Origin: Agathobacter sp.
Lineage (GTDB): Bacteria; Bacillota; Clostridia; Lachnospirales; Lachnospiraceae
Direction: 5' to 3'
Length of the DNA: 64,000 nucleotides
NCBI GenBank assembly: GCA_045124075.1
Contig: JBGVLD010000018.1
Span: forward strand, 6,807 to 70,806
Under the pieces are notes generated by a model that was not told the DNA's origin, did not search any database, and worked only from the letters and a program-made list of their open reading frames with translations. The first letter of the stretch is position 1, and every line of letters starts with the position of its first letter. The position numbers were made by a program, and so were the translations under genes. This document shows, piece after piece, positions 49,772-60,206 of the stretch.

Positions 49772-52300
49772 ATGATGAAAAAGAATGTAATCAAGTCAGT
49801 TGTAATGATGACTGTTTTTATAATTTCACTGATTTTTTTCAGTGTACTCACAAATCAGAGTAATGAAGATATGACAGAAAGTATGCAGGAAGCCAGTCTT
49901 CCAGTACTGTGTTTTGTGTATGATGATATAGAGGTAAATGAACTTCATGGATATGTAAATGCTATGGACATTACGGCAATGAGAGATACGATTACTCCGA
50001 TTAAAAATGACAGACTTTTAAATCTGCGAATCTCTTCTTACGGAGAAAAGATCGATGGAATATCCTATGAAATTCGAAGTCTGGATGGAGAAAGACTGGT
50101 GGCCGAAAGTGAAGTTACTGATTATACAACAGACAAGCAGGGAATAAATGCCGTTTTGCAGATGCAGAATCTTTTGACTCAGGATCAGGAATATAATCTG
50201 GTCATCAAATTATATTCTGGGGACAGAGAGATCTATTACTATACTCGGTTAATACAGACAGAAATATGCAGCGCAGAGGAGTGTATGGAATTTGCTTTAA
50301 AATTCCATGATTACACCTTCCGGGAGGATGCTGATACTTTTATTCCAACCTATATGGATCCGGCGACTGGAGATGCTACTACCTTAAATTATGTGGACTT
50401 GACCTGTACCTTGAACCAGATTACCTGGGCTGATTTTGAAGGAGAAAAGCAAAGCGAACCAACCGTAGCGTTTAAAGAAATTAATGATTCTTATAATGTG
50501 GTTATTTTAAAATATATTTTGACTTCCGTGAATGATACTGGAGAAACAGAATACTATAATATAGAAGAATATTATCGTTTGCGTTTAACAGGTACAAGAA
50601 TGTATGTGCTTAATTTTGAACGAACCATGAATCAGATATTTCGTGGAGAAAATGCTTTTTTACAGGAGGGCTCTAATGTTCTTCTGGGAATCCGGGACGG
50701 AAAGGTGGAATACAAAGCCAGTGAGGCTAAAGATGTATTATGCTTTGTTCAGGAAGGGGAGTTATGGTGTTATAATGTAAATGGAGAAAAAATTGTGAAA
50801 GTATTCAGTTTCCTGGAGTCAGAAGGAATTGGAGCCAGAGAAAACTGGGATCAGCATGACATTAAAATTATTCGGGTGGATGAAGCAGGAAGTATAGATT
50901 TTATTGTATATGGATATATGAACCGTGGAATCCATGAAGGGGAAGTAGGAATGGCGGTCTATCATTATGATGGCCTCGCTCACACCTTGGAAGAGGAAGT
51001 ATTCATTCCGTCAACGCAATCCTACGAAATGTTAAAAGCTGAAATGGGTCAGTTCATGTATGAAAACGAGGCTGGGGAATTATACTTAATGATGACAGGA
51101 AATATTATCTGCATTAATTTAAATACCCTGGAAATAGAACTAGTTGTAGAAGGGCTTACACAAGGCTGTTATGCAATTTCGGAGTCCAATCGCTTTTTGG
51201 CATGGGTAGAACCGGATCAGCAGTATTGCAGCAATTCCCTTTCTATCATGGATTTTAAAACAAATCATGTATCTCAGGTAAAGGAAGATGCTACCCGATA
51301 TATCCGCCCTTTGGGATTTATACAGGAGGACCTGATCTATGGAGCCGCCCAGTCTGATAAAGTCATGGCCAATGGAGCTGGAAATATGCAGTTTCCAATG
51401 GATAGCATCCGTATTATGGAAGTAGAAGAACAAAGTAATACAATTGTTAAAACGTACCAGAAGGAGAGACATTATATTATGGGAATTCAGGTGGAAGACT
51501 ATATTATTAATGTGAATCTGGCAATAGCAGAAAATGGTCAGTATGTAATGAGTGGAACAGACACCATTATGAATCATGAGGTAGACGCAGAAGAAAGTGT
51601 CAGAATTAAATCTATCGTAACAGATGTGAAAGAGACTCAGTATGTACTTACTACTTCCAAGAAACCAAAGAGTGTAAAAGTTAAAATGATCATCCCTAAA
51701 GAACTAGTAACAGAAGAACCTAAAGAGATAGAAGTAGATTGGACTAGAGAAGAAGAACGGTTCTATGTTCACGTAAAAGGGGAAATACGTCTGGCAACGA
51801 ACAGTATTACGGAAGCCATTCAGTGTGCCAATAAGGAATTGGGAGTTGTAGTAGATAATAATATGTCATATTTGTGGAAACGGGCGAGAAAAAATTCTCA
51901 GACAGCTTTTTCTAACATTAAAGTCAGCCCAGCCGATGAAAATGGAACTACCATTTCAAAATGTGTCAGTGCCATGCTGATGCGAGAGGGAGAAGAAATC
52001 AGTGTCACAGATCTGGCAGAATTGGGTACTACACCAAAAGATATTTTAGAGAGTACATTAAACGATTCGATGGTCTTGGAACTGACAGGATGCAAGGTAG
52101 AAGATGTACTGTATTATGTAAGCTGTGGCAGTCCAGTTTTTGCTATGACAGGTTCAAAAGATGCAGTGCTGATTACTGGATATTCTTCTAATAAAATATA
52201 CTATTATGATTTTAATGCAAAGGGAACAAAGTCATTAAGTTATGAAGATGCGGAAAAATGGTTTTCATCTGCGGGCAATGTTTTTTTAACTTACCTGTAA
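49772..52300 (+). CDS. Large membrane-anchored hypothetical protein with a C-terminal peptidase-C39-like fold
   Basis: N-terminal TM; ~840 aa; C-terminal YYVSCGSPV...AVLITGY...YYD pattern. Confidence 0.6.
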   Translation: MMKKNVIKSVVMMTVFIISLIFFSVLTNQSNEDMTESMQEASLPVLCFVYDDIEVNELHGYVNAMDITAMRDTITPIKNDRLLNLRISSYGEKIDGISYEIRSLDGERLVAESEVTDYTTDKQGINAVLQMQNLLTQDQEYNLVIKLYSGDREIYYYTRLIQTEICSAEECMEFALKFHDYTFREDADTFIPTYMDPATGDATTLNYVDLTCTLNQITWADFEGEKQSEPTVAFKEINDSYNVVILKYILTSVNDTGETEYYNIEEYYRLRLTGTRMYVLNFERTMNQIFRGENAFLQEGSNVLLGIRDGKVEYKASEAKDVLCFVQEGELWCYNVNGEKIVKVFSFLESEGIGARENWDQHDIKIIRVDEAGSIDFIVYGYMNRGIHEGEVGMAVYHYDGLAHTLEEEVFIPSTQSYEMLKAEMGQFMYENEAGELYLMMTGNIICINLNTLEIELVVEGLTQGCYAISESNRFLAWVEPDQQYCSNSLSIMDFKTNHVSQVKEDATRYIRPLGFIQEDLIYGAAQSDKVMANGAGNMQFPMDSIRIMEVEEQSNTIVKTYQKERHYIMGIQVEDYIINVNLAIAENGQYVMSGTDTIMNHEVDAEESVRIKSIVTDVKETQYVLTTSKKPKSVKVKMIIPKELVTEEPKEIEVDWTREEERFYVHVKGEIRLATNSITEAIQCANKELGVVVDNNMSYLWKRARKNSQTAFSNIKVSPADENGTTISKCVSAMLMREGEEISVTDLAELGTTPKDILESTLNDSMVLELTGCKVEDVLYYVSCGSPVFAMTGSKDAVLITGYSSNKIYYYDFNAKGTKSLSYEDAEKWFSSAGNVFLTYL

Positions 52301-52446
52301 AATCATTGTTAAATTGAACAATAAAGAAAAGTGTTTTTTTAGTTTATCATGAAACTTTAACAGAAATTTTTTCATCTATTGCATTATGATAAAATTTAGG
52401 TTATATTTCAAATTGTATTTATAGTGGGACGAAAAAGGAGAGCATA

Positions 52447-52701
52447 ATGAGTAGGAAAAGTATTGTTGTATCTGATGTGACTCAGGGACATGAGAATCCT
52501 ATTGCGGAATTGGTTCAGGTAGCTTGTCGTTTTGACAGTGAGATTACATTGGAAAGTGAAAACCGTCGCATTAATGCAAAAAGTATTATGGGAATTATGG
52601 CTTTCAATCCTTGTGAAGGAATGTCAATTAACATTGTTACAGAAGGCAAGGATGAGCAGGAAGCTTTAATTGCAATTGAGAATTTTTTAGTATGTCAGTA
52701 G
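52447..52701 (+). CDS. HPr-family protein lacking the canonical His15 motif
   Basis: NAKSIMGIM (Ser46 motif) present; GLHARP replaced by GHENPI. Confidence 0.85.
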   Translation: MSRKSIVVSDVTQGHENPIAELVQVACRFDSEITLESENRRINAKSIMGIMAFNPCEGMSINIVTEGKDEQEALIAIENFLVCQ

Positions 52702-52723
52702 TAAAGAACGGGGAGGAATCGTC

Positions 52724-53128
52724 ATGGCAAGTAAAGTAGTAAAAGCAAAAGCAACTGAGGTAAAGACCGCAGAAGTAAAAACAGAAGTAGCAAAGGAATC
52801 TGCAAAAGTCGCTGAGACTGCTGCAAAGGCAGATGCTGTTGTTGATAAAGCAGAAGAAAAAACAGCTAAGAAAGCACCAGCAAAAAGAACTGCAAAAACA
52901 ACTGCAAAGAAAGCAGTAAAGGAAGAAGCAAAAACAGAAGTTGTTCTTCAGTATCAGACATTAGAAATTAGTGCAGCTGGCGTAGAAGAGAAAGTAAAGG
53001 CTCAGTTCGTTGCAGAAGGACACAGAGCTGGATGCATCAAAACAATGAGTATTTATGTAAAGCCAGAAGAATACAAAGCATATTATGTAATCAATGATAA
53101 ATTTGAAGGATTTGTATGGCTTCCATAA
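52724..53128 (+). CDS. DUF6465-like protein with a Lys/Ala-rich histone-like N-terminus
   Basis: AKKAPAKRTAKTTAKK; C-terminal IYVKPEEYKAYYVIN. Confidence 0.7.
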   Translation: MASKVVKAKATEVKTAEVKTEVAKESAKVAETAAKADAVVDKAEEKTAKKAPAKRTAKTTAKKAVKEEAKTEVVLQYQTLEISAAGVEEKVKAQFVAEGHRAGCIKTMSIYVKPEEYKAYYVINDKFEGFVWLP

Positions 53129-53263
53129 TGAGTGTGTAACAGAATACATAAGCGCTATGTAAATGGCTTGTCCATGTGCATAGCGTTTTTTGGTGTACCA
53201 TGCATGCAGATGTGAACGTTTATCTTAGGGGTTTTTGAAGCGTGCATAAGAGGAAGAAAAGTT

Positions 53264-54406
53264 ATGAAGATATTAATTACAACAGACTTATATACAACTG
53301 CCACAAATGGTGTGGTAACATCTGTAAAAAATTTATTTGATGAACTGAAAGGAAAGGGGCATGATGTTCGTATTCTTACGCTGTCAGACAGTATGAACAG
53401 TTATAGGGATGGAGATGTCTATTATATAAGATCGATGCCAATCGGGGTCTATCCTAATGTAAGGATGCCACTGTCATATAGGCATAAGCTTATAAAAGAG
53501 TTGATAGAATGGAAACCGGATATTATTCATAGTCAATGTGAATTTTTTAGTTTCCAGTTTGCACGGCGTATTTCCAAGCTGACAAATGCACCGTTAGTTC
53601 ATACTTATCATACATTATATGAGAGCTATGTAACTTATGTTATTCCTTCTGAGCGTTTAGGACATTATCTCGTTCGGGCATTATCTAGAAAAAGATTAAA
53701 GAATGTTCAGACGATTATTGCTCCGACCCGTAAAGTAGAGGATACGTTACTTGAATACGGGGTGGGTAATACCATTTGCGTTGTTCCAAGCGGAATAAGC
53801 TTGGAGCAGCATAAGAAAAGGATGGATCTGAAAGAACGCGCAGAGAAGAGAAGGAATCTGGGGATTTCCGACGATCAAATGGTTCTTATCAATTTAGGAA
53901 GACTGGGGACAGAAAAGAATCTTGAAGAGTTAGTGGAGTTATATGCAAAAGCATTAGAAGAAAATGATAATCTGCGATTCGTGATTGTCGGAGATGGACC
54001 GGCAAGAGAATCATTGGAAAAATTATCTGAAGAGCTGGGAATTTCTGACTACGTAATATTTACCGGAATGGTAGATCCGGCTGAAGTGCAGGACTACTAT
54101 CAACTGGGAGACGTCTTCGTCAGTGCTTCTACCAGTGAGACTCAAGGCCTGACCTATATTGAAGCTGCAGCTAATGGTCTGCCCCTTCTATGCCGGAAGG
54201 ATATGTGTCTTCTGGATGTTATCCATCCGGGGGAAAATGGATATGAATACACTTCTGCAATAGAATTTCTAGAGGCTATAGATGAAATTTTAAAAAGTTC
54301 GGAATGGAGAACAGTAGCAGGAAAACGCAGCGAAGAAATTGCGGCATCCTTTGATAAAAGTATGTTTGGAGATGCAGTTGAAAATATTTATCGTTCAGTA
54401 TTATAA
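53264..54406 (+). CDS. GT4 glycosyltransferase (diacylglycerol alpha-glucosyltransferase-like)
   Basis: NGVVTSV, PDIIHSQ, VHTYHTLYE, GRLGTEKN and SETQGLTYIEA motifs. Confidence 0.88.
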   Translation: MKILITTDLYTTATNGVVTSVKNLFDELKGKGHDVRILTLSDSMNSYRDGDVYYIRSMPIGVYPNVRMPLSYRHKLIKELIEWKPDIIHSQCEFFSFQFARRISKLTNAPLVHTYHTLYESYVTYVIPSERLGHYLVRALSRKRLKNVQTIIAPTRKVEDTLLEYGVGNTICVVPSGISLEQHKKRMDLKERAEKRRNLGISDDQMVLINLGRLGTEKNLEELVELYAKALEENDNLRFVIVGDGPARESLEKLSEELGISDYVIFTGMVDPAEVQDYYQLGDVFVSASTSETQGLTYIEAAANGLPLLCRKDMCLLDVIHPGENGYEYTSAIEFLEAIDEILKSSEWRTVAGKRSEEIAASFDKSMFGDAVENIYRSVL

Positions 54407-54409
54407 TAT

Positions 54410-54446
54410 AAAAAAGAAGTCTTGAATAAACAAGACTTCTTTTTTT
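54410..54446. terminator. Bidirectional terminator
   Basis: AAAAAAGAAGTCTTG-aataaa-CAAGACTTCTTTTTT between the convergent GT4 and tRNA genes. Confidence 0.8.
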
Positions 54447-54447
54447 A

Positions 54448-54518
54448 AGCGGGTGATGGGAATCGAACCCACGTATCCAGCTTGGAAGGCTGGTGTTCTA
54501 CCATTGAACTACACCCGC
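54448..54518 (-). tRNA. tRNA-Gly (TCC)
   Basis: GCGGGTGTAGTTCAATGGTAGAACACCAGCCTTCCAAGCTGGATACGTGGGTTCGATTCCCATCACCCGCT; cloverleaf; CCA not encoded. Confidence 0.97.
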
Positions 54519-54527
54519 ATATATAAG

Positions 54528-54600
<73 letters not shown>

Positions 54601-54621
54601 TGGTCATCAGCAACAAAATAG

Positions 54622-54650
54622 ATTATATATGAAAAGAGGACTGGTGTCAA
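54622..54650 (-). promoter_or_regulatory. Consensus SigA promoter of the tRNA pair
   Basis: TTGACA (54650-54645), 17 bp, TATAAT (54627-54622). Confidence 0.9.
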
Positions 54651-54695
54651 GAAAAAAGTTTCATTTTTTTAAACTTTTTTTGCCGGTCCTCTTTT

Positions 54696-54750
54696 TATAT
54701 ATCAGAAAAGACCTTGTCACACTAACGAGTGAAAGTCTTTCTGATATATA
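54696..54750. repeat. Dispersed hairpin element, copy 2 (complete stem)
   Basis: TATATATCAGAAAAGAC-CTTGTCACACTAACGAGTGAAA-GTCTTTCTGATATATA; downstream of the debranching-enzyme gene. Confidence 0.75.
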
Positions 54751-54759
54751 AGAGGTTTG

Positions 54760-56874
54760 TTACTTATTCAAATGTGGAAGAATATCCTGGGTGTAACATC
54801 TTAATATTTCGCCAACGCTCCAAGCCTGGGCATAGCAGCCACGGCAGGTATGAGGGGCATCTCCGTCAAATATTTCGGAAATTGAACCAATACAGCCTTC
54901 GTAAAGGTGCCTGCGAATGCCATTTAGCATGGTATCTGCCTCTTTTGCAGCATCAGCAGAGTAATTGTTTACCCGCATGTAGGCGCTGAAGAAACCTCCT
55001 AATGGATAAGCCCAGGAAGTTCCCTGATGGTAAGCAGCATCTCGTTTTGGAAGAGAACCACAGTAAATTCCATGATATTGTGGATCTTCTGGGGCAAGGG
55101 TGCGAAGTCCTGTATCTGCAAAAAGTTTTTCCTTTACAATAGAAACTACCTGTTTTGCTTTTTCATCATCCAGCATTATATTAGGAAGAGAAACAGCATA
55201 AATCTGGTTTGGCCGGATGCTGGCATCTTTATTGTCTCCATCCACTACATCATATAGACAACCATCTTTTTCGTTCCAGAATTCTTTTAAGAAGGATTCT
55301 TTTACCTGCGAAGCCAGAGATACATATTCAGTTGGTGCATCACCATAGTAATTGGATAATTTAGCCATGACGCAGAGAGCGTGATACCAGAGGGCATTGA
55401 TTTCTACGGGCTTTCCATGGCGAGGAGTTACTACCCAGTCTCCGACACGAACATCCATCCATGTAATTTGATCGATACCGCTGCCAGCATGAATCAGTCC
55501 ATCTTCTTCCATATAAATTGAGAAATCGGTTCCGTTCTTATATGCTGCAATGATTTCCTTTAAACAAGGATAAATGTTTTTCTGGATAAAAGCATAAGCT
55601 TCTGGTGTATCTACATAGGATAAATATTGATCTACTGCGTAGAAATACCAGAGGGAAGCGTCGGCGGTGTTATATAATGGAGCCTGTCCGTTGTCAGGAA
55701 ACATATTTGGAACAAGTCCATTTTTTACATATTTTGCAAAAGTAAGCAGAATTTCTTCTGCTTCCTGAAAGCGTTTGGTTGCCAGTGTCAGTCCGGTAAA
55801 GGCAATCATGGTGTCTCGACCCCAGTCAGTAAACCATGGCAGTCCAGCAAGAACTGTCTTAAGGCCAGTGGAGCTGCGGTGACTTAAAAACTGATTGGAT
55901 GCAAGCACCAGTGCCTGGGCCAGTTCATCATCTAAATCTGCTTGTTTGATAAGATGATCAAGATATTCCTTCTGGCTGGCAATTAAGTCAAAGGCCAGAT
56001 CAGCGGTACATTTTCTGGATGGTACAGGATTTTCTTCTGTAGACACACTGCATATAAAAGAAAAGCGGGTGGTTTTTTCTGCTGGAAGATTGATTTTGAT
56101 ATCATATGGAGTATAGTGGCAGTCTAGTCCAGGAGTCTCATTATCTACTTCAGTTTGTAGCTGCATATCAATATCATAAAGATCTTCTCTGGCTAAAAGA
56201 GTGCCTTCGCTGTACTGACAGAAAATTTCACAGGCAGGATTTGCTTCTGGAATCAGACGAAGAATGTTGGCTGTTTCTTTGATTGTAAATTTCAGATCTT
56301 CTGGTCTGCTGCTTCCACTATGATCACGGAAATTAAAAAGCGGGGTAATGACAGCTTCTGCATTCATGCCATTGTTTACAAATTCATAGGAAATGGCAAC
56401 AGTGTTTTCGTTCTGGACAAGAGCAATCTGTTTTTTTAGCTGTATAGAACCAGCCTCATAGGTAAAAGTAACAGTTCCGTCATAGGTAAAAGAGCTCAGA
56501 TATTTCTGCCCCTCAGTGTAGATTGGTTTTCGAATCACAAAATCTGCTGGTACGAAAACAGTATCTTCCCGACGGTAAGCTTCTGGCAGATCTTCCTGGT
56601 GAATAGTGTCCTGGGAAAGAACCTCTCCAGCATGCTGACAGGTGGTCAGATCATATTCTTTATCACTTAGGATTTTTTCGTTGGTTTTGGAAAATACCAG
56701 ATAACGTTCTACAGGAGGATGCAGGCTGGCAATCAGGTATCCTTGATGAGTACGATTATGAGCACCGATAATAGAGCTTCCTGCATAGCCGCCAATACCA
56801 TTTGTAAGGGCCCACTCCCGGCGAATATTTCCGGTAAAACTGTTTAATGATTCTTTGTTAAATTGAAATTTCAT
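54760..56874 (-). CDS. Amylo-alpha-1,6-glucosidase (glycogen debranching enzyme)
   Basis: REWALTNGIGGYA, AGLPWFTDWGRDTMIA, TWMDV, GKPVEINALW, YHQG and QAWSV motifs. Confidence 0.9.
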   Translation of the reverse strand: MKFQFNKESLNSFTGNIRREWALTNGIGGYAGSSIIGAHNRTHQGYLIASLHPPVERYLVFSKTNEKILSDKEYDLTTCQHAGEVLSQDTIHQEDLPEAYRREDTVFVPADFVIRKPIYTEGQKYLSSFTYDGTVTFTYEAGSIQLKKQIALVQNENTVAISYEFVNNGMNAEAVITPLFNFRDHSGSSRPEDLKFTIKETANILRLIPEANPACEIFCQYSEGTLLAREDLYDIDMQLQTEVDNETPGLDCHYTPYDIKINLPAEKTTRFSFICSVSTEENPVPSRKCTADLAFDLIASQKEYLDHLIKQADLDDELAQALVLASNQFLSHRSSTGLKTVLAGLPWFTDWGRDTMIAFTGLTLATKRFQEAEEILLTFAKYVKNGLVPNMFPDNGQAPLYNTADASLWYFYAVDQYLSYVDTPEAYAFIQKNIYPCLKEIIAAYKNGTDFSIYMEEDGLIHAGSGIDQITWMDVRVGDWVVTPRHGKPVEINALWYHALCVMAKLSNYYGDAPTEYVSLASQVKESFLKEFWNEKDGCLYDVVDGDNKDASIRPNQIYAVSLPNIMLDDEKAKQVVSIVKEKLFADTGLRTLAPEDPQYHGIYCGSLPKRDAAYHQGTSWAYPLGGFFSAYMRVNNYSADAAKEADTMLNGIRRHLYEGCIGSISEIFDGDAPHTCRGCYAQAWSVGEILRCYTQDILPHLNK

Positions 56875-57023
56875 ATTAACCTCCGGTAATAGAAAAATGA
56901 TAACTAAATTGTAATCTACGAATTCAAAAAAATCTATATAATTTCTAAAAAAATGATAATATTTGTGGCAAACTATTTGAAAAAAGGATATAATACCATA
57001 TTATACATAAAGGAGTAGGAAAT

Positions 57024-57533
57024 ATGTTTGAAGTTTTTGTGCTGGTGGAGAAGAAGAAACCAGTGATTGTCCGCATTTTTGCAATTTGTATGCTGATATT
57101 GGGAATCTTTGGAATCCTTTGTTCCTGTATTACCCCGATTTTTATGATGCCAGGATTTCTCTTTATTGTAATCTGGGCTTTGCTTTGGTTCTTTAACAAT
57201 GTAGAATATGAGTATTCTTATTTTGATGGAGATATAAGATTTGCGAAGATCTTGAATAAGAGCAGAAGAAAACGTCTCAAAGGATATGATATGGAAGCGG
57301 TTCAGATTATTGCACCGGCAGGAGATAGAAGCGTTTACAAATACGAGCAGGATTCCAGCATTAAAAGAGTGAATTATACTTCTGGGGACAAAAAAGTACC
57401 ATGTTATCAGATGGTGGTTAAAAATCAGGATGCTGGAATGATTATGATTTCCTTCGAACCGGACGAGAAGTATCTGGATGCGGTATGTGTCAAACATTCT
57501 CAGAAAGTAGTTCGTAGAACAGCAGAACAGTAG
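57024..57533 (+). CDS. DUF6106-like membrane protein
   Basis: Two TM helices, EYEYSY and FEPDEK motifs. Confidence 0.65.
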   Translation: MFEVFVLVEKKKPVIVRIFAICMLILGIFGILCSCITPIFMMPGFLFIVIWALLWFFNNVEYEYSYFDGDIRFAKILNKSRRKRLKGYDMEAVQIIAPAGDRSVYKYEQDSSIKRVNYTSGDKKVPCYQMVVKNQDAGMIMISFEPDEKYLDAVCVKHSQKVVRRTAEQ

Positions 57534-57661
57534 AATAGTAGAATAGCAGAATAGTAGAGAGAGTAGAGAGAGGAAGCTTGACACGGCAGCTTTAACGTAC
57601 AGAATGAAAAATGCACAACAGCGTAGGCTGTTGTGCATATTTGCGTAAAGTAAAATGAAAT

Positions 57662-58087
57662 TTATTTCTTTTTCTTGAAAGAATCTCCAAGATCCAGGAA
57701 ACGCATTCTGGAATCTTCCATGTGGATATCACTTATCGCATAGCCTTTGTTCATGGCGGCAAGTTTCATACATTTTGAACAATATGAACCAAAAGCAATG
57801 GATGCCCCACAGCTTACACAATAATCGGTGGAAATATTTTTAGGCTGCATCTTATATTCAATCCGGCCTTCACGAATCCATTCTTTTACCTGGCGAACTG
57901 GAATGTGAAATTCTTCTGCGACTTGAAATTCGTTTACTTCATTGGCACGGATAAATTCTTTCACTTCATGGAACAATTGGTTTTCGATACAGCGTGGGCA
58001 TAAATTTTCTTCGTAATCCAGGGGAAGAGGACGTTTGCAGAATTCACATTCTTTATAGTTGCCGAAAAGTCTCATGTTATGCGCCAT
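57662..58087 (-). CDS. YvyF-like flagellar-operon-type protein
   Basis: CEFC...CPRC, VKEFIR, VKEWIREGRIE, CVSCG...CSKC. Confidence 0.65.
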   Translation of the reverse strand: MAHNMRLFGNYKECEFCKRPLPLDYEENLCPRCIENQLFHEVKEFIRANEVNEFQVAEEFHIPVRQVKEWIREGRIEYKMQPKNISTDYCVSCGASIAFGSYCSKCMKLAAMNKGYAISDIHMEDSRMRFLDLGDSFKKKK

Positions 58088-58190
58088 ACAAAAACCACCT
58101 CCATTAAAATAATCATTACTTTAAGTATAACACATTATAAAGGGTTGTAAATAATCTTTTTATTATCCCAGAGAAAGAGAGGGAAAAGTA

Positions 58191-58988
58191 TTGGAATACA
58201 TAGGAAAGAAACAGCAACCTATTGCGGTGTTCGATTCCGGAATGGGTGGAATCAGTGTACTGCGGGAACTGGTTTCTGTTATGCCAAATGAAAATTATAT
58301 TTATTTTGGTGATTCAAAAAATGCACCCTATGGTACGAAGTCCAAAGAAGAAGTGCAGAAGCTTACCATGGATCACGCAGAGGAACTTTTTGAGCAGGGG
58401 GCAAAAGGGCTAGTGGTTGCTTGTAACACAGCCACTAGTGCTGCAGTAGCAAAACTTAGGGAACTTTATCCCCAGATCCCCATTGTGGGAATTGAACCAG
58501 CGGTAAAGCCGGCTGTGAACTGTAAGGAAAATCCAAGGGTGTTGGTTATGGCAACACCTATGACTATTCGTGAAGAAAAATTCAAAAAGCTGATGGCACG
58601 ATATGAAGAAAAGGCAGATATTATTCCCCTTCCTTGTCCAGGACTTATGGATTTTGTGGAAAGAGGAGATCTGGATGGAGAAGATCTGCAGAAATATCTG
58701 ACAGAACTTTTGTATGAGTTCAGAGAAGAAAAAGTAGACGCAGCTGTGTTAGGTTGTACGCACTATCCTTTTGTAAGGAAAATGATTCAAAAGACTTTAG
58801 GACCAGAAGTAAAGATTTTTGATGGAGGGGCAGGAACTGCTAGAGAAATGAAACGGAGACTAAAGGAAGCAGCCCTGTTAAATGATTCTGTGTCAAAAGG
58901 GAAAGTGGTTTTCGGTAACAGTCTGCAGGATGATAGAAAGCTGGAACTGGCAAAGAAGCTTTTTGAGATGAAAACAGGAGAAGCTTAA
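58191..58988 (+). CDS. murI: Glutamate racemase
   Basis: FDSGMGG, PYG, VACNTAT, GIEPA and LGCTHY; TTG start. Confidence 0.93.
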   Translation: MEYIGKKQQPIAVFDSGMGGISVLRELVSVMPNENYIYFGDSKNAPYGTKSKEEVQKLTMDHAEELFEQGAKGLVVACNTATSAAVAKLRELYPQIPIVGIEPAVKPAVNCKENPRVLVMATPMTIREEKFKKLMARYEEKADIIPLPCPGLMDFVERGDLDGEDLQKYLTELLYEFREEKVDAAVLGCTHYPFVRKMIQKTLGPEVKIFDGGAGTAREMKRRLKEAALLNDSVSKGKVVFGNSLQDDRKLELAKKLFEMKTGEA

Positions 58989-59001
58989 GAAGGATACGAT
59001 T

Positions 59002-59976
59002 ATGGGAAAACAGAAGCAGAAATTGTTATACATTGCCCAGTATTTAATGGAGCATACAGATGAAAATCATGGAGTTACTATGCCGGAAATTATTGCCCAT
59101 TTGGAGCAGAACGGGATTAAGGCTGAAAGAAAAGGTATCTATGGAGACATGGATGAATTAAAGGATTTCGGAATGGACATTATCTGGAATCGGGGGAAAA
59201 ATGGCGGCTATCGTTTGGCTTCCAGAGATTTTGAACTGGCAGAAGTAAAACTTATGGTAGACTTGGTTCAATCAGCAAAATTCATAACCACAAAGAAATC
59301 CAGAAGCTTGATTAGAAAATTGGAAACGCTGGTAAGTCATAATGATGCCAAGCGTCTCCAGCGTCAAGTAGTGGTGGCGGAGCGGAATAAGACAGAAAAT
59401 GAAAATATCTATTATAATGTAGATGTGATTCATGAAGCAATTGCTGAAAATGCGAAGATTCGTTTTCTGTATTTTGATTGGAACATACACAAAGAAAGAG
59501 TTCTTAGGAACATGGGCGCTTTTTATGAAATCAGCCCATGGCTTTTAACCTGGGATAATGAAAATTATTACCTGGTAGGATATGATGAAATTGCGGGAAT
59601 CATGAAGCACTACCGAGTAGATAAAATGCTTGAAATTGAGACAATAGAGGGTGCCCGTCAGGGAAAAGCAGCCTTTGAAAAAATGGATATTGCAGCTTTT
59701 TCTAAGAAGACATTCGGGATGTTCGCAGGAGAAGAAAAGACCCTGCAGCTTTTGGCAGACAAGTCTATGACTGGCGTTTTGATAGATCGATTTGGGAAGG
59801 ATGTGCCTTTACGGGAGAAAGGGGAGAGTCAGGTGCTTGCCAGAGTATCGGTAGCGGTCAGTAGTCAGTTTTACGGCTGGCTGGCAGGACTAGGAGGCAA
59901 AGTGAAAATATATGCACCAGAAGCGGAACAGGAGGCCTACAGGGCATATCTTGCTAACTTGTTAAAAGAAGTATAG
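59002..59976 (+). CDS. HTH-WYL-WCX transcriptional regulator
   Basis: N-terminal wHTH (AERKGIYGDM), ISPW...YYLVG...HYRVDKM WYL core, DRFG and FYGWL C-terminus. Confidence 0.85.
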   Translation: MGKQKQKLLYIAQYLMEHTDENHGVTMPEIIAHLEQNGIKAERKGIYGDMDELKDFGMDIIWNRGKNGGYRLASRDFELAEVKLMVDLVQSAKFITTKKSRSLIRKLETLVSHNDAKRLQRQVVVAERNKTENENIYYNVDVIHEAIAENAKIRFLYFDWNIHKERVLRNMGAFYEISPWLLTWDNENYYLVGYDEIAGIMKHYRVDKMLEIETIEGARQGKAAFEKMDIAAFSKKTFGMFAGEEKTLQLLADKSMTGVLIDRFGKDVPLREKGESQVLARVSVAVSSQFYGWLAGLGGKVKIYAPEAEQEAYRAYLANLLKEV

Positions 59977-60020
59977 ATTTACTTAAAAATGGAAGTATAT
60001 TTAGAAAAGAGGGATACAGT

Positions 60021-60197
60021 ATGAATTTACCAAAAGATCCAGTTATGTTGCTTAGTGTAGTAAATACCCAGTTAAGAGACAAGTATTCTAGTCTGGAAGA
60101 ACTAGCAGCAGCACATATGATAGATGCAGAAGAAATCAAGGCAAAGCTGGCGCAGATTCAGTACGAATATAATCCAGAGAGAAATCAGTTTGTGTAG
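60021..60197 (+). CDS. DUF4250-like small protein (58 aa; not in the ORF track)
   Basis: MNLPKDPVMLLSVVNTQLRDKYSSLEEL...YEYNPERNQFV. Confidence 0.8.
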   Translation: MNLPKDPVMLLSVVNTQLRDKYSSLEELAAAHMIDAEEIKAKLAQIQYEYNPERNQFV

Positions 60198-60206
60198 AGG
60201 TGGAGT

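Noticed and set aside
59002-59976. WYL regulator as marker of a defence island (BrxR/CapW-like)
   Set aside because: Its neighbours are murI, two small conserved proteins and pyrG; no defence genes are adjacent.
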